Shown piece by piece: positions 19,951-29,906 of a stretch of DNA of 64,000 nt. Where the stretch lies: contig CAVPZX010000008.1 of assembly GCA_963710375.1 (NCBI GenBank), positions 192,001-256,000 on the forward strand, given 5' to 3'. A program made the translations under genes and the position numbers. Source of the DNA: Nitrospirota bacterium (lineage in GTDB: Bacteria; Nitrospirota; Thermodesulfovibrionia; Thermodesulfovibrionales; Dissulfurispiraceae). Under the pieces are notes generated by a model. It searched no databases, had not been told where the DNA came from, and saw only the letters and a program-made list of their open reading frames with translations. Within the stretch, counting starts at the first letter, position 1. Every line of letters begins with the position of its first letter.

Positions 19951-21149
19951 CCAGGTACAGGGCACCTGGGGACTTCGGCTTGTTCATTTCTTACCGGCAT
20001 ATACCATAACCATCCGTCTATTGTCATCAATACTCCGGCTATGATCAAAAAACCGTCGATGGCTGTCAGAATACTGAAACCGAAATAGTGTATCAACCCT
20101 AACCCGAACCCCACAAAGGAAACCCCTGTCCTGATAAAAGCGAGCCCTGTCCTCGCCCTTGCATATATGGTGCGGTAGCAAGCAGCAACTGTACGTTGTG
20201 CCGCCAGAACATTTCTTTCACGCGCCAGATGGGTACGCTCCCTGCTGGAAGGCGAAGGATACAAAATGGTGCAGTGGTCCGCAAGAAAATCACCGAGACG
20301 GGCAAGCATAGTCTGTTTGGCAGGCAGGTATGCACCGGCCTGATCAATAAAATGATAGTTCTCAAGAAATTGCACGGTTGCCGCAGTCACTTCTACAAGC
20401 GTCTGCTCTTCGGGAGGCGTCATTCTCGATCTCCTTATTTTCAAATAAGCGAAGAGACCGAAGAGTGCAAGCAAAAACCCGGCTGCCATGACCCCGAATA
20501 AGAAATAAACGCGCGTCAACCTGTAATGGCGAATAAGTATGTCCGACACTGCGATAAGCCGCAACCCCCATCTGAGAAAAGAAAAGCCGGTCCTGGCCAT
20601 TGCCAGGTCGGTCCTGTAACATGCGAGCCGCGTCCTCCATTGGGCCATTGTGTTACGCCAGAAAGCCAGCCCGGTCCTTTCGGTTCCGATGAGATAGCCC
20701 GGCTTTTCATGCAGAAAATCCTGGATGAACCATTGTATATCCTCGCCGAGCGCCACCCAGTATTCATACTTCTCCGCCTTTATAAACGTTTTTACTTCGT
20801 CATGAACAGCAGGATCTGTTGGGTCATTCGCCGCTATGACCACCGTATCACCGTCTATAATAACCGGAAACCACTGATATATCGACAGTCTCTCCCCATC
20901 CAAACCCGTCAGCAGTTCAGGCGGGATCGGCATCCGCTCATCATATTCCAAAAAGGGACAGTGGTAATGATTAGAAAGCGCCTGCAGCAGAATATGTTTA
21001 GGTATGCGATACTCCGAGATAAGGATGCTTTCCACATCGATACCCCTGGCGATAGCTGCGCGTTCAGCATCGCAAATTCTATCCTCGGTCAGTACACCCC
21101 AACCGATCAGATCACTGAATTTCTTGGAAGCAATGTTATCAACGCTCAT
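19947..21149 (-). CDS. Membrane protein: GspE_N/MshEN-like domain plus 2 DUF202-like repeats (paralog C)
   Basis: LIGWGVLTE..ALSNHYHCPFLEY..WFP..IAANDP; RTGLAFWRN..RTDLAMARTG and RTHLARERN..ARTGLAFIRTG, each followed by a TM hairpin. Confidence 0.75.
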   Translation of the reverse strand: MSVDNIASKKFSDLIGWGVLTEDRICDAERAAIARGIDVESILISEYRIPKHILLQALSNHYHCPFLEYDERMPIPPELLTGLDGERLSIYQWFPVIIDGDTVVIAANDPTDPAVHDEVKTFIKAEKYEYWVALGEDIQWFIQDFLHEKPGYLIGTERTGLAFWRNTMAQWRTRLACYRTDLAMARTGFSFLRWGLRLIAVSDILIRHYRLTRVYFLFGVMAAGFLLALFGLFAYLKIRRSRMTPPEEQTLVEVTAATVQFLENYHFIDQAGAYLPAKQTMLARLGDFLADHCTILYPSPSSRERTHLARERNVLAAQRTVAACYRTIYARARTGLAFIRTGVSFVGFGLGLIHYFGFSILTAIDGFLIIAGVLMTIDGWLWYMPVRNEQAEVPRCPVPG

Positions 21150-22845
21150 CACTACTGAACACCACCTTGCCCCATGAACGGGCCGGTACACCGTAATCAG
21201 GTATTATAAGCTCCATTTCTCCATAACAGTACGGGTACTGTTTCCTTATTTTTTCCGCAGGGAAATGCCAGTACATTCCATCGATAAAGAGTGCCAATCC
21301 AACCATTATTAGCGACATATTAAATACGGTCCAGGCTAAATTGCCCGTGCCGAAGTAGACAAGGAGTTCCATGCCTACCGCGGCTATGCCGATTCCGGTC
21401 CTGATAATAGCCAGGCCGGTCCTCGACCGCGCCATTACCGTCCGCAGTCTGGCCATAACGTTTCTTCTATCAGCCAGCATGGTCCTGTCGAGGGCAAGAC
21501 CTGTAGTGGCCCAGATACCGGGGGCGTAAGACGGCCTGACCTGTGGAACGCACTTGTAATCAGAATCGGGCTGCTTCATCGCCGGAGGAAAGACAAAATC
21601 CCATATACTCTGTTTAGCCTGGGTCTTCCTGACTAAATCAAAGCTTATCGAACCGGCACGTCGGCCCGGTAAATACCAATAAAATCCTTCTGCCGCCATT
21701 GCAATGCCTGCCATAATAAGGGCAGCGTCAAAAAAAGTCCATGGCCCGGGGCGGAACTGACGCAATAGTCCAATACCGAATCCGCCACACGCAACACCCG
21801 TTCTGGTAAATGCCAGCCCGGTGCGTGCCCTCGCCATTTTTGTCCGGAAGCCTGCCAGCATTGTCCTTTCTTCGGCAAAGTCAGTTCTGTCACTGGCAAG
21901 GAACCTGCGCCTCATTACCGGAGACAGATTGCTCCATCTGGAACGCAGAGCAGCAGCCTCCTCTATATGATCAGTACGTCTAAATACAGGATTGTCACCG
22001 GGATTCACCACTTCCAGCACCGTGGTCCCCCATGTCGGTTCAGTGCCGTTAAAATCAAATGCTTTTCCCCCTGATTTCCGGGCAGGCAGATACCATAGCA
22101 AGCCGTCAACAGTCATAATGATGCCTGAAATTAATAATGCCGCTTCGAACACAGTCAATAAACCTACACCCAGAATCCTGAAAAGCACTATTGCGATAGC
22201 AATAAAAGCTACGCCTGTGCGGAAAAAGGCGAGTCCGGTCCTGCCCTTTGACAGAGCTGTCCTGATACAAGCCATCAAAGAGCGCCTGTCAGCCAGAAAT
22301 GTTCTCACTTTGGCCAAAGGCGTCCTGCCTGCGGTGGAGGGGAAATGGGGGTTCACATCAAAGTTATGTTCGACAATCCTTACAATATCCGGAGGCAAGG
22401 CAATAATAAAGTTAACCTTTTCAACCCGCAGGGTATCTTTGATATCCTTAACCAGGTCGGAATCGGAAGGGTCATACATAATTACCTCGGCGCGCTTTCC
22501 CCCCACATAAATGGGAAACCAAAGTTGGCGTTTGAGTTTTTCCATGTCAAGACGCATGGTAATAAAATATGAAGACAAGCCGCTCTCATCGTATTCGACA
22601 AAAGGGAAATCGAGATGCATTGTGAACGCCCTTCGGGACGGTATGATAGTCTCATCATATTCGACAAAAGGACAGTGGTAGAATTCCGAAAGGCAGAACA
22701 ATATTTCGTGCTTAGGAATTCCCTTTTCAATCAAACATTCTTCAGGGTATGTGCCAGATGCAACTGATTCACGTATGCACTCATCCAACGCGCTTTCGGT
22801 GATAACGCCTCTTCTTATAAGCCGCTCAAATTTAACGTTCAGCAT
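21139..22845 (-). CDS. Membrane protein: GspE_N/MshEN-like domain plus 3 DUF202-like repeats (paralog B)
   Basis: Colinear close paralog of 22969-24603; three RTxLAxxRT..RTG plus TM-hairpin units. Confidence 0.78.
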   Translation of the reverse strand: MLNVKFERLIRRGVITESALDECIRESVASGTYPEECLIEKGIPKHEILFCLSEFYHCPFVEYDETIIPSRRAFTMHLDFPFVEYDESGLSSYFITMRLDMEKLKRQLWFPIYVGGKRAEVIMYDPSDSDLVKDIKDTLRVEKVNFIIALPPDIVRIVEHNFDVNPHFPSTAGRTPLAKVRTFLADRRSLMACIRTALSKGRTGLAFFRTGVAFIAIAIVLFRILGVGLLTVFEAALLISGIIMTVDGLLWYLPARKSGGKAFDFNGTEPTWGTTVLEVVNPGDNPVFRRTDHIEEAAALRSRWSNLSPVMRRRFLASDRTDFAEERTMLAGFRTKMARARTGLAFTRTGVACGGFGIGLLRQFRPGPWTFFDAALIMAGIAMAAEGFYWYLPGRRAGSISFDLVRKTQAKQSIWDFVFPPAMKQPDSDYKCVPQVRPSYAPGIWATTGLALDRTMLADRRNVMARLRTVMARSRTGLAIIRTGIGIAAVGMELLVYFGTGNLAWTVFNMSLIMVGLALFIDGMYWHFPAEKIRKQYPYCYGEMELIIPDYGVPARSWGKVVFSSDER

Positions 22846-22968
22846 AGCAATAGTTTTTCAGCTTCCAGACTCGCCGGCCATTTTCATGCCAATGGTTATT
22901 ATAAATGATATAGTTCTCATAATAAAACACTTTCTCTTTCGGATAATGCATCCGTCACATCATGCACC

Positions 22969-24603
22969 CTAGTCATTATCGAACACCAACTTTTTCCATG
23001 AACTTGCCGGTTTCCCGTAATCAGGTATCGGGATTTCCATGTCTCCATAACAGTACGGGTACTGCTTTCTAATTTTCTCGGCCGGAATATGCCAGTAGTA
23101 CCCGTCTGCCATAGATGCCAGCCCGGTCACTATCAGTATTACATTGAATATTGTCCAGGCAATATTGCCTGTGCCGAAGAAAACAAGGAGTTCCGTGCCG
23201 ACCGCAGATATGCCTATTCCTGTTCTGACGAGTGCCAGGCCGGTCCTTGACCGCGCCATGACCGTCCGCAGCCTCGTCATGACGTTCCTCCTGTCAGCGA
23301 GCATAGTCCTTTCGAGGGCAAGTCCCGTAGTAGCCCATATGCCCTTAGAATGAGACTGCCTGACAGGTGGAATACATTGATACTCCGAACCAGGGTGTTT
23401 CAGTGCCGGAGGGAAAAGAAAATCCCATATGTTCTTTCCTGACTCCACCTTGCAGATTGCTTCCAAACTTGCAGCACCTGCATGGCGGCCCGGGACATAC
23501 CAGTAAAACCCCTCGGCTGCCATTGCAAGGCCGACGATAATAAGCGCGGCATCAAAGAAAGTCCATGGCCCGGGGCGGAACTGGCGCAATAGTGCGATAC
23601 CAAATCCGATAAATATAACGCCGGTGCGCGTAAATGCCAGCCCGGTACGCGCCATGGCCATCCAGGTCCGGTAGTATACGTGTATCGTCCTTTCTTCGGC
23701 AAAATCCGTCCTGTCGCTCGCAAGGAACCTGCGCCTCATGACCGGGGACAGGTTGCTCCATCGGGAGCGGAGAGCCGCCGCCCCTTCCACATGGCCGGTA
23801 CGGGTAAAAAGAGGGCTGTCACCGGGATTCGCCACTTCAAGAACAGTAGTTCCCCACGTAGGTTCGGTAGAAGTGCAATCGAACACTGTTTTGCCTGCTT
23901 TCCGGGTGGGCAGATACCATAGCAGGCCGTCAACAGTCATAATGATGCCTGATATTAACAATGGGAGTTCAAACAAGGTCAGAAGCCCTATACCAAAAAT
24001 CCTGAAAAGCGTAACGGCAATGGACAGGAAGGCGATGCCGGTGCGGATGAAGGCCAGTCCTGTTCTGCCTTTTGCCTGGGAGGTCCTGGTGCAAGCCGTC
24101 AAAGAACGTCTGTCAGCCAGATATGTTCTCACTTTGGCCAAAGCCGTCCTGCCGGCTGAGGCCGGGAAATGGGGATTCACATCGAAGTTGTGCTCGATGA
24201 TCCTCACGAGGTCAGACGGCATGGCTGCAACGAAATCGATATCCTGAACCATAAGTGTATCTTTGACGTCTTGAATTACATAAGGGTCGAAAGGACGATA
24301 GGCTATTACCTCGGCGCGCCCTTTACTGACAGCAAGGGGAAACCAGAGATTCCGTTTGAGTTTCTCCATATTGAGACGCCTGGTGAGAAAAAAGGAGGCA
24401 ATGACGCTCTCATCGTATTCGACAAAAGGACAACCGTAGAATTCCGCAAAGGAAAGCAATATCTCGTGCTTCGGAACACCTTTTTCTATCAACCATTCTT
24501 CAGGATATTTGCCCGATGCAAGTGACTCTTTTAGCCCCTCACTCAATTCCCCTTCAGTGAGAATTCCTCTTTTTACCAGTCGCTCGAATTTTTTATCATA
24601 CAT
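22969..24603 (-). CDS. Membrane protein: GspE_N/MshEN-like domain plus 3 DUF202-like repeats (paralog A)
   Basis: RLVKRGILTEGEL..AEFYGCPFVEY..WFP; three Arg-ladder/TM-hairpin units ending (D/E)GxxW(Y/H)xP. Confidence 0.78.
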   Translation of the reverse strand: MYDKKFERLVKRGILTEGELSEGLKESLASGKYPEEWLIEKGVPKHEILLSFAEFYGCPFVEYDESVIASFFLTRRLNMEKLKRNLWFPLAVSKGRAEVIAYRPFDPYVIQDVKDTLMVQDIDFVAAMPSDLVRIIEHNFDVNPHFPASAGRTALAKVRTYLADRRSLTACTRTSQAKGRTGLAFIRTGIAFLSIAVTLFRIFGIGLLTLFELPLLISGIIMTVDGLLWYLPTRKAGKTVFDCTSTEPTWGTTVLEVANPGDSPLFTRTGHVEGAAALRSRWSNLSPVMRRRFLASDRTDFAEERTIHVYYRTWMAMARTGLAFTRTGVIFIGFGIALLRQFRPGPWTFFDAALIIVGLAMAAEGFYWYVPGRHAGAASLEAICKVESGKNIWDFLFPPALKHPGSEYQCIPPVRQSHSKGIWATTGLALERTMLADRRNVMTRLRTVMARSRTGLALVRTGIGISAVGTELLVFFGTGNIAWTIFNVILIVTGLASMADGYYWHIPAEKIRKQYPYCYGDMEIPIPDYGKPASSWKKLVFDND

Positions 24604-24615
24604 ATGGAAATTTAT

Positions 24616-24690
<75 letters not shown>

Positions 24691-24766
24691 AAATCAATGA
24701 GTTAGCGATATTATAACACACAAACATCATAAAAATATGCAATCATAACAAGAAACTCATAAGGAA

Positions 24767-24940
24767 AGGATCGGCAGGGGCAGGCTGTTTATCGGAGCAC
24801 TGAAACTACCTTTATTGCCAGCTACAATGCGGTATAGTCTCCATGGTCATACCAATTCTCAGGTGGGGCTCGGCGTTACTCGCCCCTGTTACAGCAGACC
24901 CGTGCATTGCTCCGATAAACAGCCTGCCCCTGCCGATCCT
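24767..24940. repeat. Fold-back element copy 1 (33-bp perfect inverted arms around a 108-bp core)
   Basis: aggatcggcaggggcaggctgtttatcggagca ... tgctccgataaacagcctgcccctgccgatcct. Confidence 0.8.
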
Positions 24941-24966
24941 ATAATCTGATTCTATAAAATAAAAAG

Positions 24967-25140
24967 CAGGATAAGGGGAACACTTGTTTTTCGACGCGAT
25001 GCACGGGTCTACTGTAACAGGGGCGAGTAACGCCGAGCCCCACCTGAAAATGGAGTCAAGTATAGCTGCTGTGAAAACATCGGTATTTGCTTACAAAGGT
25101 AGTTTCAGCGCGTCGAAAAACAGGTGCTCCCCTTATCCTG
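24967..25140. repeat. Fold-back element copy 2, inverted relative to copy 1 (32-bp arms, 110-bp core)
   Basis: caggataaggggaacacttgtttttcgacgcg ... cgcgtcgaaaaacaggtgctccccttatcctg; core shares a 48/49-nt block and a 14/14-nt block with copy 1. Confidence 0.8.
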
Positions 25141-25149
25141 ACTTCCTTA

Positions 25150-27300
25150 TTATTCTATTTGCTGTTCGATCAGCTCAGCAGTATGCATAACTTTGATCGC
25201 AGAGCCTTCTTTGTCAAAACCTCCCTTTATCTGCATAACGCAGCCGGGACAATCCATGGCAACAATGGAAGCGGATGTGTCCCTGATGTTTTTGAGCTTC
25301 CGTTGCAGTATGGGGGCGGAAATTTCAGGGAGCTTGAGTGAATAAGTGCCTCCCATGCCGCAGCACATGTCCGACTCAAACATTTCGACCAGGTCAAATC
25401 CTGATTTTTTCAGAAGTTCCCTCGGCTGATCATAGACATGCATTGTTCTCTTCAGATGGCAGGAATCGTGATAAGTGAGCAAAGGGGATGACTTTTCGGG
25501 GAGACTGTTCTTAAAGGTCAAGCGGCCTTCATCAGCCAGATTCTTGACTAAGGTGGAGAAATCCATTGCCAGCGCAGAAACCTCACGTGCCTGGGGCAAC
25601 CAATCGTTTTTGCCAAGACTCTCAAAAGTGTTGATGAATTCGTGTTTCAGTGCCACAGTGCAAGTCGGACAGGCTGAGACAATGTGCTGGACGTCTTCTT
25701 TAAGCAGGGCTTTGATGTTGTCGATTGCATTTTGGCCCGCAACCTCGTATGCTCCGCTATAGCGCGCGGGCGCTCCACAGCAAGTCTGCTCTTCAGGGAA
25801 TACGACCTCTATTCCTGCCTTATTCAATATCTTCACAACTGCACTGCCCATATCCGGATATGCAAAGTCTATGAGGCATCCGGCAAAAAAAGCGACCTTG
25901 ACCTTCTTTTTAGATATTTGGGACTGACCGATTTCTTTAAATTTGTCCCTGAAGGGCACAGGGGCTATGGACGGAAGGCTTCTGCTCTCGGTAAGGTTCG
26001 ACAGAAACATCGGGAGGTGGCGGATAAACCCCCCCTTCGCAAAAGGTTTTTGCGTTAACGAGGCGGTGCGGAGCATCGAATGGAAGAGCCTGCGGTTGTT
26101 CACCACAGAGAAGATAGCCTTCTGGGCGATCGATTGCCCCGCGTCCTTTACGATACGGCGCCTGATTTCGAGTATCAGTTCGGGGATGTCGATCTTTGCC
26201 GGGCAGACCTCCTTGCAATTGCCGCACTGGATGCAGAGGCTCTGAATGTCTTCAGATTGCTTCATTTCATCAAACCATGCAGTGAGTATTGTGCCGATGC
26301 CGCCCGTATAGACCTTGCCGAAGACATGACCGCCAACGAGTCTGAAGACAGGACAGACGTTGAGGCACGAGGCGCAGCGTATGCACTGAAGCGCCTGTCT
26401 GAACTTTGGGTCATTCGCCATCTCTGTCCTGCGGTTGTCCATCAGAATGATATGGAGGTCTTTCAACGACCCATCAGTGTTAGGAGTCCGGCCGGTGATA
26501 ATAGATACATAACTGGTCAGCAACTGGGACGTAGCACTCTTCGGAAGCGCTGTCAGAATGGGGACAATGTCTTTAAAGTCAGCAACAAGTTTTTCGATAC
26601 CGATAATTGCGACATGGATCTTTGGAAGTGTAGTGACAAGCCGTGCATTCCCTTCATTGGTGACAATTACTATGCTGCCGGTCTCGGCCACTGCAATGTT
26701 GGCTCCCGAGATACCCATGTCGGCAGTAAGAAACTTTGTGCGGAGCCTGGCCCGCGCTACCTTGACGAGTTGAGGGATGTCAGTGCTAAGGCGCTCATCG
26801 ACCTCTTTGCTAAAAAGCTCTGCGACCTCCTCTTTGGTCATGTGGATTGCCGGAAGTACCATGTGTGAGGGCCTCTGCCCAGCAAGCTGGATGATCCATT
26901 CCCCAAGGTCGGTCTCATTTACAGAGATACCATGGTCTTCGAGATAAGGGTTCAAATGGATCTCTTCCGACGCCATGGACTTGGATTTGACAACCTTCCT
27001 GACGCCGTTCTTCCTGGCGAGGTTGACTATATATTCCTTAATTTTTTCAGGATCTGTCGTCCTGAAGACCTTAGCTCCTTTCGCCTCGGCATTCCTGGTA
27101 AAAACCTCTGCCAGTAGATCGAGATGAGACGCAGCATACGATTTCAGTTCTGCGATCCTGGCCCTGAGGGCCTCAAAATCTATCCCTTCGTAAGCCTTGG
27201 CACGACTCGTCCTGTAGGCTTCCGAAAACCTGCCGAGCGCGCCCGTCAGGTTCGCATTCTGCAGGGCCGTATTTATGGATTCTCTGAATTCTTTTTTCAT
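25150..27300 (-). CDS. lutB: L-lactate dehydrogenase large subunit (LutB/LldH type: LUD, 2x4Fe-4S, two CCG domains)
   Basis: KSKSMASEE, ETDLGEWIIQL, PSHMVLPAIH, CIRCASCLNVCP, QTCCGAP, CCGMGG. Confidence 0.9.
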   Translation of the reverse strand: MKKEFRESINTALQNANLTGALGRFSEAYRTSRAKAYEGIDFEALRARIAELKSYAASHLDLLAEVFTRNAEAKGAKVFRTTDPEKIKEYIVNLARKNGVRKVVKSKSMASEEIHLNPYLEDHGISVNETDLGEWIIQLAGQRPSHMVLPAIHMTKEEVAELFSKEVDERLSTDIPQLVKVARARLRTKFLTADMGISGANIAVAETGSIVIVTNEGNARLVTTLPKIHVAIIGIEKLVADFKDIVPILTALPKSATSQLLTSYVSIITGRTPNTDGSLKDLHIILMDNRRTEMANDPKFRQALQCIRCASCLNVCPVFRLVGGHVFGKVYTGGIGTILTAWFDEMKQSEDIQSLCIQCGNCKEVCPAKIDIPELILEIRRRIVKDAGQSIAQKAIFSVVNNRRLFHSMLRTASLTQKPFAKGGFIRHLPMFLSNLTESRSLPSIAPVPFRDKFKEIGQSQISKKKVKVAFFAGCLIDFAYPDMGSAVVKILNKAGIEVVFPEEQTCCGAPARYSGAYEVAGQNAIDNIKALLKEDVQHIVSACPTCTVALKHEFINTFESLGKNDWLPQAREVSALAMDFSTLVKNLADEGRLTFKNSLPEKSSPLLTYHDSCHLKRTMHVYDQPRELLKKSGFDLVEMFESDMCCGMGGTYSLKLPEISAPILQRKLKNIRDTSASIVAMDCPGCVMQIKGGFDKEGSAIKVMHTAELIEQQIE

Positions 27301-27852
27301 TGATTCATCGCTCCAGGCCCATCGACAAATATTATGATAAGTCTTTCCGGGCCATGGACGCCGATGGTAAGCACACGTTCGATGTCAGCCTGTCCGGCTC
27401 GGTCCGGTAATTAACGCCATATAGCCGCTCTCTTTGGGATCAATCTTAGTCAGCAGAGATGGCAGGTCTGCCAGAAGCCTGTCAGTGGCTGCCAGGGCTA
27501 CGTGGATAAGCGGCAGCGAAGATGCCAGCCTCTGATCAACCGCCGTAGAATCCTGCATCAGTGATCCCGTATTTGCTATGGCCCAATCCATCTGGGTAAT
27601 CCCTATTCTGGATTCCGCAGCAGCCTTGCGGCTGAAGTCGAACTTAAGTCCCGGCACTTTCTCAGATAGCTGCTTCCTGTCAAGCCCGTCGAGAAAGCGG
27701 CAATCGGCCCAAACAGCATATGACCCGGGATTGTCGGCAATGCCCTCTTTTTGGAGAAGCTCGATAATAAAATCAAGTGCCTCTGCGTCTGAACGAAAAC
27801 GATGGACTTCCGCATTTACCGCTTCAGCACGCATTTTGAATATATCAAACAC
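27297..27852 (-). CDS. lutC: Lactate utilisation protein LutC/LldG; +1 frameshift near 27389
   Basis: AIANTGSL..ITGPSRT; removing one G gives the canonical ADIERVLTIGVHGP, with the stop overlapping the lutB ATG. Confidence 0.88.
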
Positions 27853-27905
27853 AGCCCTGGTCCTTCAGCACGATCTTCTTTCCCATTAGTACTTCCTGCT
27901 TCAGC

Positions 27906-29684
27906 TATACCCCTGCTGGATTGCCCATGACTCTGGACATCACTGTAACCAGCAATGCGAGACCCGCAGTCAAACCAAGATATGTCAATCCGTCAGATGG
28001 AAATGCCGGCTTTGCGGCAGCAGCCGCAGTCTGCGGCGACCACAGGAGGAGCCGCGGCCGCCACTTTTACGGCTACAGGCACAATCCATTTGATGACATA
28101 TGCCTGCAGACAAGCCATAAGGCCGATAACGCTGGTTAGGATAATGGAATGTTTTAGGGTAAAGCGGAAGATATCAGATTCGTGCCCCACAAGTCCTACA
28201 GCCGCAGTTGCAACAGAAAGGGACTGAGGAGAAATCATTTTTCCGCAAACGCCTCCGGAAGAGTTTGCTGCCACCGTGACAATCGGGTCGACGCCTATCT
28301 GGGTAGCGGTCACGTACTGCAGCTTCCCAAAGAGTGCATTGGAAGAAGTATCGGAACCGGTCATAAATACGCCGAGCCAGCCTAAGAATGCGGCAAAGAA
28401 CGGGAAGAGTACGCCCGTCATCGCAAAGGCGTTTCCGAGGGTAATCACCATACCCGAGAAATTAAAGATGTAAGCAAATCCGAGGATCGAAGAGATTGTT
28501 AATACAGGCAAGCGAAGCTTCTTCAGCGTGTCTCCGGCAACACTTAACGCCGTCGAGATCGACGCGCCCATTACAGGTATCGAGAATAGTCCGACAAACA
28601 GGATAGCGGTCCCCGTTGCGCTAAGAATGTTGAATATGTATACTGCGGGCATCGGCTTCCCACCCCTGATGACCATATTGTGAAGTCCGGGTATCTGGAA
28701 TTTGGCGAGGCCGTAAAAATCGAGGGCTGCCTTGATGGGCTTGATGCCCCAGGCAGCCACAAAAATAGAAAGGATAAGAAAAGGCGCCCACGCCCTGAAG
28801 ACCTGCCCGCCTGTACATCCGAGTTTCCCTCTGCCGCAGGCTGCCGCTTCATGGTCGAAAGTCCAGCTCTCTTTAGGGTGCCAGAATCTGAGGAAGAATG
28901 TCAGGCAAAGGATCGAGGTGATGGACGCAAGGATATCCGGGAGCAAAGGTCCCAGAAAGTTGGAAGATAAATACTGTACAATCGCGAATGACCCTCCGCT
29001 CACAAAGCAGGCCGGCCAAACTTCCACGCCTTTCTTCCAGCCGGACATAAGCACCACAAGGTAGAGAGGGATAATAACACTGAGGAAAGGCAGGGTCCGG
29101 CCAACCATCTGGCTGAGAGCCATCTGATCAACTCCGGCAACCTGTGCGCCGACTATGATAGGTATTCCGATAGCGCCGAACGCAACCGGGGCGGTATTGG
29201 CTATAAGACATATACCGGCAGCATAAAGCGGATTGAAGCCGAGACCCATCAGCATTGCAGCGGTTATGGCTACCGGCGCACCGAAACCGGCAGCGCCTTC
29301 AAGGAACGCGCCGAAAGAAAAGGCTATAAGAAGGGCTTGCATACGCCGGTCATCCGATATGGCGGCAAGCGATTGCTTGATGATCTCGAACTGCCCCGTC
29401 TTTACAGAAAGGTTATAAATGAAAAGGGCTGTGACAATGATCCATGCGACCGGCCACAAACCGAACAAACAACCATTGAGCGTCGCAAGCACCGCATACT
29501 GTACAGGCATTCCATAGCCGATAATGGCAATGAGCAGGGCTATCCCAACAGCGCTCATTGCCGCCCAATGTCCTGCCATCCTTTTGAACGCCAGCGCCCA
29601 GAAAAGATATATTACGGGAACTGCCGCCATCAGGGCGGAAAGACCGAGATTCCCTAAAGGATCAATCACTGTTTGCCAAGGCAT
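27906..29684 (-). CDS. lctP: Lactate permease (LctP/LldP family); probable frameshift near 28040 hiding a last TM helix
   Basis: FLEGAAGFGAPVAI, NTAPVAFGAIG, TGSDTSSNALFG, GKMISPQS; alternate frame continues ..DGLTYLGLTAGLALLVTVMSRVMGNPAGV*. Confidence 0.92.
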
Positions 29685-29778
29685 ATTCTTCCTCCTCGTT
29701 TAATACTGGAATTTTAACGATGATTTAGTTTATGGCATTGGGTCAAAGAAGAGAATCGACGTTAGTCTGATTTTATTC

Positions 29779-29795
29779 ATAGGGTTTTGTCCTAT
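29779..29795. promoter_or_regulatory. Candidate response-regulator site upstream of lctP
   Basis: ATAGGGTTTTGTCCTAT (ATAGG-N7-CCTAT); related site at 32744-32760. Confidence 0.45.
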
Positions 29796-29906
29796 AAAAA
29801 AGGCAGGTTAAGGTTAAGGTTAAGGTTAAGAAAAAGAAAAAAGACAAGGATAAAGTCTTAACTTTATTTTCTCAATCTCAACCTTAACCTTAACCTGCCT
29901 TTTTTT
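29796..29906. repeat. (GGTTAA)n inverted hexamer element, copy 2 (terminator-like)
   Basis: aaaaaaggcaggttaaggttaaggttaagg ... ccttaaccttaacctgcctttttt. Confidence 0.85.

Noticed and set aside
22877..22892. Internal sigma54 promoter TTGGCATGAAAATGGC before paralog B
   Set aside because: GG-N10-GC spacing is right but the -12 context is poor and no enhancer site is evident
19947..24603. Type II secretion or type IV pilus ATPases (GspE/PilB)
   Set aside because: Only the N-terminal domain resembles them; there are no Walker motifs and no other T2SS/T4P genes nearby
24767..25140. CRISPR array or mini-array
   Set aside because: The repeats are inverted, only two units exist, and no cas genes are present in the window
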